Positions 20,423 through 30,893 are shown, counted from the stretch's first letter. The stretch is 64,000 bases of DNA from an uncultured Candidatus Saccharibacteria bacterium (GCA_964470105.1 CAYXZI010000001.1:37521-101520); one strand, 5' to 3'. Made by a program: numbers and translations. Notes: generated by a model from the letters alone, not told the origin.

Positions 20423-22153
20423 GTGAAAGATAATCTCAAAAAGCCCAATGTCTTTGCCGTCCTTAAACCATATACTTGGCTTACCATTGGCCTAGTTCTT
20501 CTTGGTTTTGCTACAAATGGTTTAAACCTCATACTACCTAAGATAATTGCTCATGGCATAGACGTATATGGACAAACTGGTCAAATACTTTCAAGTGTAT
20601 TATGGAATTTCTTCTTTGCAGCTTTTGGTACATTCATCTTTGCATATCTACAAAGTATTGCTCAGACGTACACAGCAGAGAAAGCAGCTAGAGAACTGAG
20701 AGAGAAGATAGTTTCAAAGATTGCAGAACAAAACTATATGTATATTCAAGAAGTAACTGCTGGTAAACTTCTTACAAATCTAACTTCAGATATAGACAAC
20801 ATTAAGAATTTTATAGGGCAAGCAATAGTAACCATAATCTCATCTGTATTTCTAATACTAGGCGCAGCAGTACTTATACTTATGATTGATTGGAGATTAG
20901 CTCTAGCTGTACTAGCTACACTTCCATTCATAACTTTCACTTTCGCTTTCATATTCATGAAGCTTAAACATGTATTTAAGAAAAGTCAGGAGGTTATAGA
21001 TTGGCTAAACAAGATCATAAATGAAAGTGTACTAGGATCTTCGACTGTTAGAGTACTGAATTCAAAAAAGATTGAGAATGACAAGTTTACACAAGCAAAT
21101 ACCAGTGCAAAGGATCTTGGAATTAAGATAGTTAAGCATTTTGCAGTCACCTTCCCTATCATTGGTTTAATTGCAAATATAGCAACACTAATAATTCTTC
21201 TACTGGGTGGTCATTTCATAATCAATCAAACAATGACTGTTGGTAATTTCACCGCATTCGTTGCATATTTGGGGATAATAATATTTCCAATTATTATGAT
21301 TGGATTTTTAAGTAATTCAATTAGTCGCGCATCAGCATCATATGCGCGTGTATATGAAATATTAAATGCTAGTGATAAAAGAGATACTGGGAAACTAGTG
21401 GAATCAATAAAAGGAGATATTGAGGTTAAAAATGTTTCAGTAACTTTTGGAGAAAAAACGGTATTGAAAGATATTTCATTTAAGGTGCCTGCTCGTTCTA
21501 GAACTGCCATACTTGGTCCGACCGCAGCTGGAAAAACTCAACTTATGAACATACTAATAGGTATACTTCCACCAACTCAGGGAGTGGTACTTTATGATGA
21601 TAGACCTATAAATGAATATAATAGTGAGTCACTACACGAACAAGTTGGATTGGTTTTTCAAGATAGTATTATGTTTAATATGAGTCTTCGTGAAAACATT
21701 GCTTTTAGCAAAACAGTTACTGATGAATCTCTTAGGAAAGCGATTGAAACAGCCGAGCTATCAGATTTTGTAGATAACCTATCAAACGGTCTTGATGAGC
21801 TTGTAATGGAACGTGGTACCAGCCTATCTGGAGGACAGAAGCAACGTATTATGCTAGCACGCGCACTAGCCCTTAATCCTAAGGTGCTCCTTCTAGATGA
21901 TTTCACTGCTAGAGTAGACAGGGTCACAGAACAGAAAATATTAAAAAATATTAAATCAAACTATCCTGATATTACCCTGATCTCGGTAACTCAAAAAATA
22001 TCATCAATTGAGGACTTTGATCAAATCATAGTACTCATGGAAGGTGAAGTTCTAGCTTTAGGCACTCATAAAGAACTCTTAAACTCATCACCGGAATACA
22101 ATCAAATCTTTGATTCTCAAAGAAGTACAAATCACTATGAAATACAAACTTAA
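20423..22153 (+). CDS. ABC exporter, fused permease/ATPase
   Basis: TM domain plus GPTAAGKT, LSGGQ, LLLDD (degenerate Walker B). Confidence 0.93.
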   Translation: MKDNLKKPNVFAVLKPYTWLTIGLVLLGFATNGLNLILPKIIAHGIDVYGQTGQILSSVLWNFFFAAFGTFIFAYLQSIAQTYTAEKAARELREKIVSKIAEQNYMYIQEVTAGKLLTNLTSDIDNIKNFIGQAIVTIISSVFLILGAAVLILMIDWRLALAVLATLPFITFTFAFIFMKLKHVFKKSQEVIDWLNKIINESVLGSSTVRVLNSKKIENDKFTQANTSAKDLGIKIVKHFAVTFPIIGLIANIATLIILLLGGHFIINQTMTVGNFTAFVAYLGIIIFPIIMIGFLSNSISRASASYARVYEILNASDKRDTGKLVESIKGDIEVKNVSVTFGEKTVLKDISFKVPARSRTAILGPTAAGKTQLMNILIGILPPTQGVVLYDDRPINEYNSESLHEQVGLVFQDSIMFNMSLRENIAFSKTVTDESLRKAIETAELSDFVDNLSNGLDELVMERGTSLSGGQKQRIMLARALALNPKVLLLDDFTARVDRVTEQKILKNIKSNYPDITLISVTQKISSIEDFDQIIVLMEGEVLALGTHKELLNSSPEYNQIFDSQRSTNHYEIQT

Positions 22154-23903
22154 TACAGATTCAAATAATGATGTACAGAAATCAATATGGGTTGCCGTAA
22201 AAAAGATGGCTGAGCTTTTAGCATACGAAAGAAGGAAAATATCTTTGGCTCTAATAGCCATCTTCATTAATGCAGGATTAACTCTAATCGGACCTCTACT
22301 TGTAGGATATACAGTTGATAACTATGTTCTTAAAGGAGACTACCGTGGCGTATTAATCTTTTCAGGAATCCTGCTATCAATATACATTATCGCAGTCTTT
22401 GCAGCATACACACAAACACAACTTATGGGTTCTGTAGGTCAACTTACCCTGTTTAGACTAAGGAATACAGTATTTACCAAACTACAAGAACTTCCAGTAG
22501 CGTTCTTCAATCAAAACAAAACTGGGGATTTAATATCCCGTATCAACAATGATACTGATAAATTGAATCAGTTCTTTTCTCAAACACTAATGCAGTTTAC
22601 AGGAAGTGCTTTTACCATAGTTGGTTCCGCTATCTTTATCCTCTTCATTAACTACAGACTTGGTATTGCTGCACTCTTACCAGCAGTTGTGTTAGTTATA
22701 TTCAGCAAATCAATATCATCTTGGGTAAAGAAAATAAATTTAAATAGTCTAAGATCAGAAGGTGCTCTAAGTTCTGAGATTCAAGAGAGTCTCGAGAATT
22801 TTAAAGTTATCATAGCCTTTAACCGTCGTGACTATTTCAAAGAAAAGTTTGCAAAAGCAAATATTGTAAACTTTAAGAATTCAGTACTCGCAGGATTGGG
22901 AAACAATGTATTCATGCCAATATATGATTTTGCATCAAATATTGCCCAATTGATCGTTCTCGTATATGGAATATATCTCATATCACAAGGTAATCTAGAG
23001 ATTGGATTATTAATCAGCTTCCTGCTATATATTGCCCGCTTCTATGATCCATTACGTCAATTTGCTAACTTCTGGTCAACTATGCAGATTGCATTGGCTG
23101 GTTGGGAGAGAATTTCAGAAATTACCCGACTCGAATCTGACCTTACAATACATGAATCAAAGGAAATTCTTTCAGATGGAAATTCAGTTATATGTTTCAA
23201 GAATGTATCATTCCAATATCCAGAAAATACTGACAAGGTATTAAATGATGTGAACTTTAATCTAAGTACGGGTAAGACATATGCCCTTGTTGGTCCGACT
23301 GGTGGAGGAAAGACTACTACCGCTTCACTGATAGCTCGTCTCTTTGATCCAACGGAAGGTACCATATACCTATCGGGCAAAGATATACGATCATATACCC
23401 CTGAGGAAAGAGTGAAGAAGATTGGTTTCATTCTTCAAGAACCTTTCATATTTAGTGGAACGGTAAAGGACAATATCATCTATGGTAACACTGAATATAT
23501 CAATCTAAGTGCTGATGAGCTTGTATCTGTGTTAAGCAAAGCAGGACTAGAGAAACTACTTGAAAGATTCGACAAGGGTATAGATACAGAGATTGCGGGT
23601 AATTCAAATACCTTGAGTCTTGGTCAAAGACAGATAATTGCTTTCATAAGGGCGGTATTGAGGAAGCCTGATATCTTAATACTTGATGAAGCCAGTGCAA
23701 ACATAGATACCGTGACAGAGCGAGTACTTGAGGAGATACTACTAAAGCTACCTGAAAAGACTACTAAGGTAATTATCGCCCATCGACTCAATACAATAGA
23801 AAATGCAGATGAAATATTCTTTGTAAATGGTGGAAATATCACACCTGCTGGTTCTATGGATCAAGCAGTGGATATGCTCCTACACCACAAAAGAAGTAGT
23901 TAA
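22137..23903 (+). CDS. ABC exporter, fused permease/ATPase (heterodimer partner)
   Basis: TM domain plus GPTGGGKT, LSLGQ, LILDEA, IAHRL. Confidence 0.93.
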   Translation: MKYKLNTDSNNDVQKSIWVAVKKMAELLAYERRKISLALIAIFINAGLTLIGPLLVGYTVDNYVLKGDYRGVLIFSGILLSIYIIAVFAAYTQTQLMGSVGQLTLFRLRNTVFTKLQELPVAFFNQNKTGDLISRINNDTDKLNQFFSQTLMQFTGSAFTIVGSAIFILFINYRLGIAALLPAVVLVIFSKSISSWVKKINLNSLRSEGALSSEIQESLENFKVIIAFNRRDYFKEKFAKANIVNFKNSVLAGLGNNVFMPIYDFASNIAQLIVLVYGIYLISQGNLEIGLLISFLLYIARFYDPLRQFANFWSTMQIALAGWERISEITRLESDLTIHESKEILSDGNSVICFKNVSFQYPENTDKVLNDVNFNLSTGKTYALVGPTGGGKTTTASLIARLFDPTEGTIYLSGKDIRSYTPEERVKKIGFILQEPFIFSGTVKDNIIYGNTEYINLSADELVSVLSKAGLEKLLERFDKGIDTEIAGNSNTLSLGQRQIIAFIRAVLRKPDILILDEASANIDTVTERVLEEILLKLPEKTTKVIIAHRLNTIENADEIFFVNGGNITPAGSMDQAVDMLLHHKRSS

Positions 23904-23922
23904 CTGTGCTAGAATATAGATT

Positions 23923-24204
23923 ATGACAACATTAGCTCAATCAGAAATATTCTTCTTCATTTCCAGTATTGGTTTTGTATTGCTCGGAATATTGATATCA
24001 ATCATACTGATATACTCGATAAAGGCTTTACATTCCTTTACTAGGATACTGGCTAAGATTGAAGATAGTCTAGATACCATCGGTGATACAACAATGGAAT
24101 TGATTGAGGACTTACAAAGTAATGTATTTTTTAGAATGCTTTTTAATCCGAAGAAAAAAACTGTTTCTAGAAGACCAAAGAAGATATTAGGTAAGGACGA
24201 ATAG
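23923..24204 (+). CDS. Small membrane-anchored hypothetical protein
   Basis: TM then helical tail; -10 box 7 nt upstream of ATG. Confidence 0.7.
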   Translation: MTTLAQSEIFFFISSIGFVLLGILISIILIYSIKALHSFTRILAKIEDSLDTIGDTTMELIEDLQSNVFFRMLFNPKKKTVSRRPKKILGKDE

Positions 24205-24222
24205 AAGTAGTATACTAATTTT

Positions 24223-24582
24223 ATGAAAAAGAAAAATACTTCAAAAATGGCTAAGGTAGTAGGTATAGGTGCAGGTGCTGCAGCATTAGCAGCTAGTTCA
24301 TACTATCTTTTTGGTCCCAAAGGAAAGGCTCATCGAAAACAAACAAAAGAATGGATGGATAAAATGAAGGATGAGGTCATAGAAAGAATATCAAATATAG
24401 AAGATATGTCTGAGGGTACATTTCACAAGATTGTAGATGCTATTGTCTTTGCATATATTGCAACTGATGAAGCCACTACTCCAGAACTACAGAAGTTTGC
24501 AGAGGAATTAAAAGGACAATGGAAGAATATTGTTAAATCTCTACCAAAGTCAAAAAAGATTATTGAGAAAAAGAAATCCTAG
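24223..24582 (+). CDS. YtxH-like hypothetical protein
   Basis: GAGAAALAA..YYLFGPKGK..RK. Confidence 0.7.
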   Translation: MKKKNTSKMAKVVGIGAGAAALAASSYYLFGPKGKAHRKQTKEWMDKMKDEVIERISNIEDMSEGTFHKIVDAIVFAYIATDEATTPELQKFAEELKGQWKNIVKSLPKSKKIIEKKKS

Positions 24583-24965
24583 TATAGGTTATCCTGAGGA
24601 TATCTGGTTCCACGTTTAAGGAAGTTTGATTCAATATCTTTTAGGTTAAACTTTTCTTTAAAATACTGGATGATGTATTCCCCATCCATTCCATTCTTGC
24701 AGGTATATACATCCGCACTCACAAATCCTCTTTTTGGAAATGTATGTATACTAATATGACTTTCCTCAATCACTACAATACCAGTCCATCCACCTGGATC
24801 TTTTGTATCGTTACCTTTAGCAAAATATACAACTGGATTAGATAGCTTCTTCATACCCAAAAGTCCTGGTAGATCATTGAGACATGAAGTAACTATTTTT
24901 TCATCATTGAGTAGTTTTTCTTCTCCACCATAACCGTCGACTGTAACATGTTCACCAAAGTGCAT
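24579..24965 (-). CDS. speD: S-adenosylmethionine decarboxylase proenzyme family
   Basis: G.H..VD.Y, GG.TG.VVIE^SHISIHTFP, DVYTC. Confidence 0.88.
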   Translation of the reverse strand: MHFGEHVTVDGYGGEEKLLNDEKIVTSCLNDLPGLLGMKKLSNPVVYFAKGNDTKDPGGWTGIVVIEESHISIHTFPKRGFVSADVYTCKNGMDGEYIIQYFKEKFNLKDIESNFLKRGTRYPQDNLY

Positions 24966-25036
24966 AAATTTAATTGTTAAAATAATATATTATATATACT
25001 AACACACATATTGTTTTAAAATGCTAGAATATATTC

Positions 25037-25600
25037 ATGAAAGAAAGCATTGCAATCATTGCATCCATTCTTGCCATCATTGGTAATGTTCCATATTTAA
25101 TGGATATAGTTAAAGGCAGAGTCAAACCACACCCATATACTTGGTTTGTCTGGTCTATTGTCTCTTGCATCATCTTCTTTGGGCAACTTGCAAAAGGTGC
25201 AGGGATCGGAGCACTTCCGACTGCTGCTTCAGAAATATTTACTGTATTGATATTTATATTTTCATTAAAGTATGGGTTTAGAGGTATACGAAAAATCGAT
25301 ACAATATTTCTTATCATCTCACTGATAGGTCTTGTACCATGGATCATCACAAAGGATCCAACTATATCTGTGATAATTGCAGTAAGTATAGATATATTAG
25401 CTTTCATACCTACACTAAGAAAAACATGGAGTGAACCGAGCACAGAGACTCCAATACTTTACAGTATGAATGTCCTTAGACATATTCTAATGTTATTGTC
25501 CTTACAGGCATATAACATTGCAACTACATTACATTCAATAGTTATGATAACTTCAAATTCATTTATGACTTTCCTAATATTAAGAAAAAAGAAACTATAG
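25037..25600 (+). CDS. Conserved membrane protein (PQ-loop-like repeats)
   Basis: PY..DI.KG..KPH..TW; IPTLRKTW..P..E. Confidence 0.7.
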   Translation: MKESIAIIASILAIIGNVPYLMDIVKGRVKPHPYTWFVWSIVSCIIFFGQLAKGAGIGALPTAASEIFTVLIFIFSLKYGFRGIRKIDTIFLIISLIGLVPWIITKDPTISVIIAVSIDILAFIPTLRKTWSEPSTETPILYSMNVLRHILMLLSLQAYNIATTLHSIVMITSNSFMTFLILRKKKL

Positions 25601-26566
25601 CACTGGATTCTTAGCCTTACCCATCTCAAAGAAGCCTATAATATTTTCAGCTACCATTCTAGACATTTCATTTCTTGCTGATTCCCTTGCTGAGGCAATA
25701 TGAGGAGTGAGAATTACATTAGGAAACTTTGTAAGTCCCTTAGTAATCTTTGGTTCAAATTCAAATACATCTAATCCCGCTCCAGCAATCACTCCTTCCT
25801 TAAGTGCCTTAACCAAAGCTACTTCATCTATAACAGGTCCCCTTGAAGTATTTATGAGGATTGCAGTTTTTTTCATCATTCTTAATCTTTCCTCATTTAT
25901 GAGATGGAATGTAGAATCAAGTAATGGTACTTGTAGAGAAACAACATCGCTTTGTTTTAATAGCTCTTCGACAGTTGGTACAAAAGTAGCGATACCTTGC
26001 TTCTCAATGTTTTCATTTCTTCGTATGTCATAATAGATGACTTTCATTTCAAAACCTCTTCCAGCTTGATATGCTAGTTTCTCACCAATATGTCCTGTAC
26101 CAATGATTCCTAGAGTACTACCCTTTAGGTCTTTACCTATGAAATTGGTAGGTGACCAACCATTGTATTTACCCTTTCTTACATAGTCATTTGCCTCTAC
26201 AATGCGCGTAGTGAGGCCTAATATTAAAGCCATAGCATGTTCAGCTATGCAGTATCCGAAGTCTCCTGGTGTGTTGGTGACCACAACTCCTCTTTCCTTT
26301 GCATCCTTTATATTAAAGTTGTTAAAACCCATTGCATAGTTTGCAAATATTTTAGCTGTAGGGACAGCATCGAATACCTTAGCATCTACGATATCTGTAA
26401 GAAGTGTTAGTACAGCATCATACGGTTTCTTCTTTAGAAATTTAATTAGATCCTTTTGTGTTAGTGGTTCATTCTTTCCAGAGATATCAATTTCATATCC
26501 CTTGCTTTTAAGCATATCGATAGCGGGACCGGGTATTTCTCTTGTTATGAATATTTTTTTAGGCAT
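25595..26566 (-). CDS. D-2-hydroxyacid dehydrogenase (glyoxylate/D-glycerate type)
   Basis: GIIGTGHIG, INTSRG, GLDVFE.EP, TPHIAS. Confidence 0.93.
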   Translation of the reverse strand: MPKKIFITREIPGPAIDMLKSKGYEIDISGKNEPLTQKDLIKFLKKKPYDAVLTLLTDIVDAKVFDAVPTAKIFANYAMGFNNFNIKDAKERGVVVTNTPGDFGYCIAEHAMALILGLTTRIVEANDYVRKGKYNGWSPTNFIGKDLKGSTLGIIGTGHIGEKLAYQAGRGFEMKVIYYDIRRNENIEKQGIATFVPTVEELLKQSDVVSLQVPLLDSTFHLINEERLRMMKKTAILINTSRGPVIDEVALVKALKEGVIAGAGLDVFEFEPKITKGLTKFPNVILTPHIASARESARNEMSRMVAENIIGFFEMGKAKNPVL

Positions 26567-26586
26567 GGGTAGATTTTAACATAAAT

Positions 26587-27144
26587 TTAAATTCCCATCT
26601 CCTCCAATATTTGAGGTAATTCTTCAAAACCATCTTTAGCCGTAAGATGTCCGCCTCTTGGTATCACTAGAGTATTTGTAACGAATTTTCCAAATTTCTC
26701 CCTATTCTCCTCAAAACAATCGAAAGGATCATCATCTGAAATGATCAGGGTTGATTTTGGTAAGACTGCTTTTATTTTTACTAGATCAATTGGGGTCTTA
26801 ATCCAAGGTTCCGCAATTCTCTCTATTTCTACATCTTCCATGTTTTTTAAATTAAACCAACCTGCTACGAAGATAGCTCCACCAACCTTAACATTTATTT
26901 TTTCCAAGTAACGCAATATAGTTTGGCAACCAATACTATGTCCGACAAAATATGTATCGGAATTTGCTTCACCAACAATACTTTCAAGATGACTTACCCA
27001 TTTTTCAATAACAGGAACTTCGGTATCTGGCATTGAAGGGATTACTACCACATACCCCAACTTTTCTAATTCGACTTTTAACCAAGGTCTCCAATCATCA
27101 GTAGGGCCACCGGACCAACGATGCACGATTATTACTCTTTTCAT
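26587..27144 (-). CDS. RBBP9/YdeN alpha/beta hydrolase
   Basis: W.PWL..EL, GHSIG, SDDDP, GGH. Confidence 0.9.
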   Translation of the reverse strand: MKRVIIVHRWSGGPTDDWRPWLKVELEKLGYVVVIPSMPDTEVPVIEKWVSHLESIVGEANSDTYFVGHSIGCQTILRYLEKINVKVGGAIFVAGWFNLKNMEDVEIERIAEPWIKTPIDLVKIKAVLPKSTLIISDDDPFDCFEENREKFGKFVTNTLVIPRGGHLTAKDGFEELPQILEEMGI

Positions 27145-27172
27145 TTCTCTATATTAACATATTTTATCACTA

Positions 27173-27201
27173 TTGACATATAGTGTAGAATGTGCTACTA
27201 T
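27173..27201 (+). promoter_or_regulatory. Consensus sigma70 promoter
   Basis: TTGACA-17 nt-TACTAT with extended TG. Confidence 0.8.
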
Positions 27202-27271
27202 ATACAACGGTGGGCTGGAACGGATTAGTTCTGGCAAGTAAACAAACGACGAAAACCAAATTGGTTAAGTT

Positions 27272-27790
27272 ATGAACATTGTAAATGCGATGCGCATCGC
27301 TAATCGCGCCAAAACACTCAGTGGCGGAAGAAACTACGCCCTCGCGAACATCTTGTTCGCAGCCGTGCTGGAAGTAGTCTTCACCCAGAGGTCAGCGGGG
27401 ACATGGTGTGTTCCTGTCTCGAACCTGGAAAAGGAGGGGGTGACCACAGAGGTTGTCCTGGAAACCCAAGACACCACTGGGGCATGCCATCGTGAAGCCT
27501 ACTATGACCTCTTGGTCGTGGAGTGCCTCAATAAGGAGGGGATCCTTGAAGGGTCGCTGTGCATCCCGTTGCCACTTTTGGATCCTCTCACCCTTGGGGG
27601 TTTGCTCAAAAAAGTTACGATAGGTGCTAAGAGGGACCACGATCGAGATTTTGAGGTGGATAACGCTGAACTTCTCACCCTCTGGGACAGAGTGCTCAGT
27701 GAGATTGATCCGGGGACTCTCCTGGATCTGGCGACAAGCCACCTCACTCCAAAAGCCATGGAGGCTATGGTTGAGGTAATCCCAGTATAA
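27272..27790 (+). CDS. GC-rich orphan protein
   Basis: 172-aa ORF between a promoter and a strong terminator. Confidence 0.7.
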   Translation: MNIVNAMRIANRAKTLSGGRNYALANILFAAVLEVVFTQRSAGTWCVPVSNLEKEGVTTEVVLETQDTTGACHREAYYDLLVVECLNKEGILEGSLCIPLPLLDPLTLGGLLKKVTIGAKRDHDRDFEVDNAELLTLWDRVLSEIDPGTLLDLATSHLTPKAMEAMVEVIPV

Positions 27791-27810
27791 TGGTCATGTG
27801 ATCAAGACTC

Positions 27811-27850
27811 CCCCGTCGAACGAGAAAACTCGATCGGCGGGTTTTCTTTT
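27811..27850 (+). terminator. Intrinsic terminator
   Basis: CCCGTCGA-a-CGAG-aaaa-CTCG-a-TCGGCGGG-TTTTCTTTT. Confidence 0.85.
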
Positions 27851-27852
27851 AC

Positions 27853-28644
27853 CTATTTCCCCAACACATCCTTCTTGTAGTGTTTAAGATACGCTACGAT
27901 TATAAAGCTAATAATTACCATTAGAAACCATGAAGTAATCTTGTTTGTAGAAACTACAGTCCATGCATGTATTTGATCTGGATATTTCCAAGCACCAAGA
28001 TATGTTGATATATTCTCTGCAATCCAAATGAAGAAAGCAATGAGAATGAAGGATATATTTAAATACATGGTTCGTACTGTATTAATGACAGTGAAATGTA
28101 CCTTGGTTTTAAGGAAAAGAACAAAGACTGCAATAATTAGAAATATTCTAAAGTCATAGATATAGTGATTGGTAAAGAAATTTATATATATCAAAGCACA
28201 CAGTACCACACTCAATACATACCTATCATAGTTCTCCAACTTCAATTTAAATATCTTCCATGCCTGACTGATATAGCTCCCCACTGCTGCATACATAAAT
28301 CCGCTATACAGTGGTACTGTAGAGATTTTGAAAAATGCATCTTCAGGATAGCTCCATGAACCTACCATAGGACTGGTTTTGTATATCTCTAAGACAAGCC
28401 CAATGATGTGAAAGAGAAATATAACCTTAACCTCATCCTTGGTCTCAAGTTTTGTTAAATACAGAACAATTTGGATTAGTACTGCCGAAATGAAAAGAAA
28501 GTCGTATCTAGCTAGACCCAATATAGATACATGATTAGAAATGAAAAGAAGAACAAAGAAAGAACCAGCAAATATACTTGCTTGTGCTTGTTTTAGACCG
28601 AAGATTAAAAATTCGTGTAATCCTTTTTTTATATAACTATTCAT
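27853..28644 (-). CDS. DUF817 family membrane protein
   Basis: EF..FG.KQA.A.IF, RYDFL, PLYSGFMYAAVGSY, AENI.T. Confidence 0.88.
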   Translation of the reverse strand: MNSYIKKGLHEFLIFGLKQAQASIFAGSFFVLLFISNHVSILGLARYDFLFISAVLIQIVLYLTKLETKDEVKVIFLFHIIGLVLEIYKTSPMVGSWSYPEDAFFKISTVPLYSGFMYAAVGSYISQAWKIFKLKLENYDRYVLSVVLCALIYINFFTNHYIYDFRIFLIIAVFVLFLKTKVHFTVINTVRTMYLNISFILIAFFIWIAENISTYLGAWKYPDQIHAWTVVSTNKITSWFLMVIISFIIVAYLKHYKKDVLGK

Positions 28645-29284
28645 TATATTTAATATCCACATCCCCTAAATGAGAGTGGTCACTCCATGTAAGGAGGAAA
28701 TACTTACCCTTTTCTTCCTCCACTATGGTTATACCTGTATTCTTCGGGATGAGGAATTTGGTAAGTTTTTCATAATCCCTAACTTCAAATTCATCACCAA
28801 AACACATTAGCCCCATTAAAATCTTTAGAACTTCACCATGAGTAACAACTAAAATATTTTCTTCTTTTAATGACTCTATATACTTTAAAGCACTCTTGCA
28901 TCTAGTAGTTAGATCAAAAAAGTTTTCCTCATCAGAATGATGCCAATCTTTATTACCAAAATTCTTACGTACTTCATTCATTGTGGCAACAACTTCAGGA
29001 TCAGTTTTAGATCTTCCACGTACAGCTGTAGGACGGAGTATTTCTTTAAATAGCGGGTTATGGTTAACTTCCATTTTAAGAACCTTGGATATAGCCTGGG
29101 CTGTCTGAGATGCTCTATCCATATCACTAGCTATGATTATATCTATCGGGATCTTTCTAAATCTTTCAGCAACAAATTCAGCCTGTTTAAAACCTGTATC
29201 TGAAAGAGATATGTCTATGTGTTGAAAATGATTTTTCTCATTACCACCTGTAGCGCCATGACGAACAAAGTATATTCTTTTCAT
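28637..29284 (-). CDS. Histidine phosphatase family protein
   Basis: RHG, SD..RA.QTA, VVTHG. Confidence 0.92.
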   Translation of the reverse strand: MKRIYFVRHGATGGNEKNHFQHIDISLSDTGFKQAEFVAERFRKIPIDIIIASDMDRASQTAQAISKVLKMEVNHNPLFKEILRPTAVRGRSKTDPEVVATMNEVRKNFGNKDWHHSDEENFFDLTTRCKSALKYIESLKEENILVVTHGEVLKILMGLMCFGDEFEVRDYEKLTKFLIPKNTGITIVEEEKGKYFLLTWSDHSHLGDVDIKYNE

Positions 29285-29367
29285 ATATTGATATTAGCAT
29301 TGAAATATTTGGTTTGGCAATTTATATAACCAGTTGCATAAAATATAATATAGATGTAATACACTCA

Positions 29368-29512
29368 GCGTCCCCCCAGCCGAAAGGCATTGGAGACATA
29401 AATATCCCTTACGGGATAATAGACCGCTCGCAAGAGCTGTCGAAACCTAGCCGGATGTGTTTCTGTCTGCTGCATCATGTGCGCACGATAGGAACCCCGG
29501 CTTTTTCTTTGT
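29368..29512 (+). ncRNA. Candidate structured small RNA, family unknown
   Basis: GC-rich intergenic segment with three short hairpins (GAAA, TTAC, GCAA loops), then a long hairpin and T-tract; TTGCAT-17-TAATAC upstream. Confidence 0.65.
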
Positions 29513-29525
29513 TTTAAAAGTAATT

Positions 29526-30023
29526 TTAAGAAATTTTTGATATAAAAATATCCCTCTCTCTATCACTCTTTATAATGTAGATATCTTTAATTCCCTTATA
29601 TTTAAGAACCCTATCTCTCATTTCTGTTATTGAATAGGTGATAATAAACTTAACCAGAGCCCAATCTATTCTTTCCTTAACACCATCTGTCTTATCGAAA
29701 GGTTGATTACGATTGAATACTCTAGTAAAAGCTCTCCATAGACTTAAATATTTTGGATAATCTAAAAAGATTATTGTATCAGCACGATCAAATCGTAAAT
29801 CAATTGATGATCTGTAGTTACCGTCAATAATCCAGGAATCTCCATTAGTGAATCCCTCTGAGACCTTCTTAAATTCTTCTTTAGTTGCATATCTTTCTTT
29901 CCAACCGATATCCCAATAATATTTATCTAGGTGAAAAACTGGAATACCCAGCTTTTTGCCTAATATATTAGCTAAAGTAGATTTACCAGATCCAGATATA
30001 CCAACAATCGCTACACGCCGCAT
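29526..30023 (-). CDS. P-loop kinase, topology-modulation/FlaR-like
   Basis: GISGSGKST, HLD..YW..GW, WIIDGNY. Confidence 0.88.
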   Translation of the reverse strand: MRRVAIVGISGSGKSTLANILGKKLGIPVFHLDKYYWDIGWKERYATKEEFKKVSEGFTNGDSWIIDGNYRSSIDLRFDRADTIIFLDYPKYLSLWRAFTRVFNRNQPFDKTDGVKERIDWALVKFIITYSITEMRDRVLKYKGIKDIYIIKSDRERDIFISKIS

Positions 30024-30026
30024 ATA

Positions 30027-30476
30027 CTAAGCAAAGAAACTAGCAAGAATTGCAATCAATACTATAGTAACTAAATTTGATGCAATATCTGAGAAAAACT
30101 TTTTCCAAGCAATACTCCTATCACAATTACCCCACAATATTCCAGAACCGATTGTAGGAACAACGAAACATAACCAGTTCATAATTACAAATCCAAGTGC
30201 CAACCAGAATGACTGACCATTCTGCATAGTCATTGTAATAATAAACGAAACAGCAAATGCAGTTACAAGAGACAATATTAACTGTGCTCCATATATCTTG
30301 GGCATACCTGGTTTAGCTTCTTCTATCTTTTGCTTCTGTTCCTCTGGAGATAACTTGTCAAAACCAAGATATTTCATATGAATCTTCCCCATCGGAGTTT
30401 TGTCGGAATACCAGAAAGTACCGACAACAGCAGCAATCACAGCACCAACAATTGAAAGTATTAATATTGTAAGCAT
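30027..30476 (-). CDS. DUF1761 family membrane protein
   Basis: VG..WYS...G; four TM segments. Confidence 0.75.
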   Translation of the reverse strand: MLTILILSIVGAVIAAVVGTFWYSDKTPMGKIHMKYLGFDKLSPEEQKQKIEEAKPGMPKIYGAQLILSLVTAFAVSFIITMTMQNGQSFWLALGFVIMNWLCFVVPTIGSGILWGNCDRSIAWKKFFSDIASNLVTIVLIAILASFFA

Positions 30477-30528
30477 AAATATGTATTGTTAATTATAATT
30501 AAACTTGAGGATATTATATCATATTACC

Positions 30529-30729
30529 CTATTCACTCTTCATAAACTCATCTAGAGTGGGATTACTCTTTAGTTCTGGTTTTAAATCAGTCTCCACCCC
30601 AGTATGAGCAATATGATTAAAAACTACTTCAGCAGTTTGATGATAATTACCAGCTATTAGCTTATTTAGTATTAATTTGAGTTCATCCTTACACCAATCC
30701 AGCTTCTTACTTTTAAATTTTGTTTTCAT
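30529..30729 (-). CDS. Small hypothetical protein
   Basis: 66-aa ORF starting 2 nt after tRNA-Gln. Confidence 0.55.
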   Translation of the reverse strand: MKTKFKSKKLDWCKDELKLILNKLIAGNYHQTAEVVFNHIAHTGVETDLKPELKSNPTLDEFMKSE

Positions 30730-30731
30730 TG

Positions 30732-30802
30732 CTGCCGGACTTGGAATCGAACCAAAATTTTCGCTTTCAGAGAGCGACGTACTACCTTTATACGATCCGG
30801 CA
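30732..30802 (-). tRNA. tRNA-Gln(CTG), CCA not encoded
   Basis: TGCCGGA/TCCGGCA acceptor, TCGCT-CTCTGAA-AGCGA anticodon arm, GGTTCGATTCC. Confidence 0.95.
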
Positions 30803-30893
30803 AGGTGTCTATAAAATACCGTAAATCACCACATATTGCAATCTCTGACAATCATATTTGCACCATAAATACAGTAGATGATATAATACTGAT

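Noticed and set aside
29314-29517. 67-aa ORF
   Set aside because: TTG start, no recognisable protein, and it spans a promoter and structured RNA.
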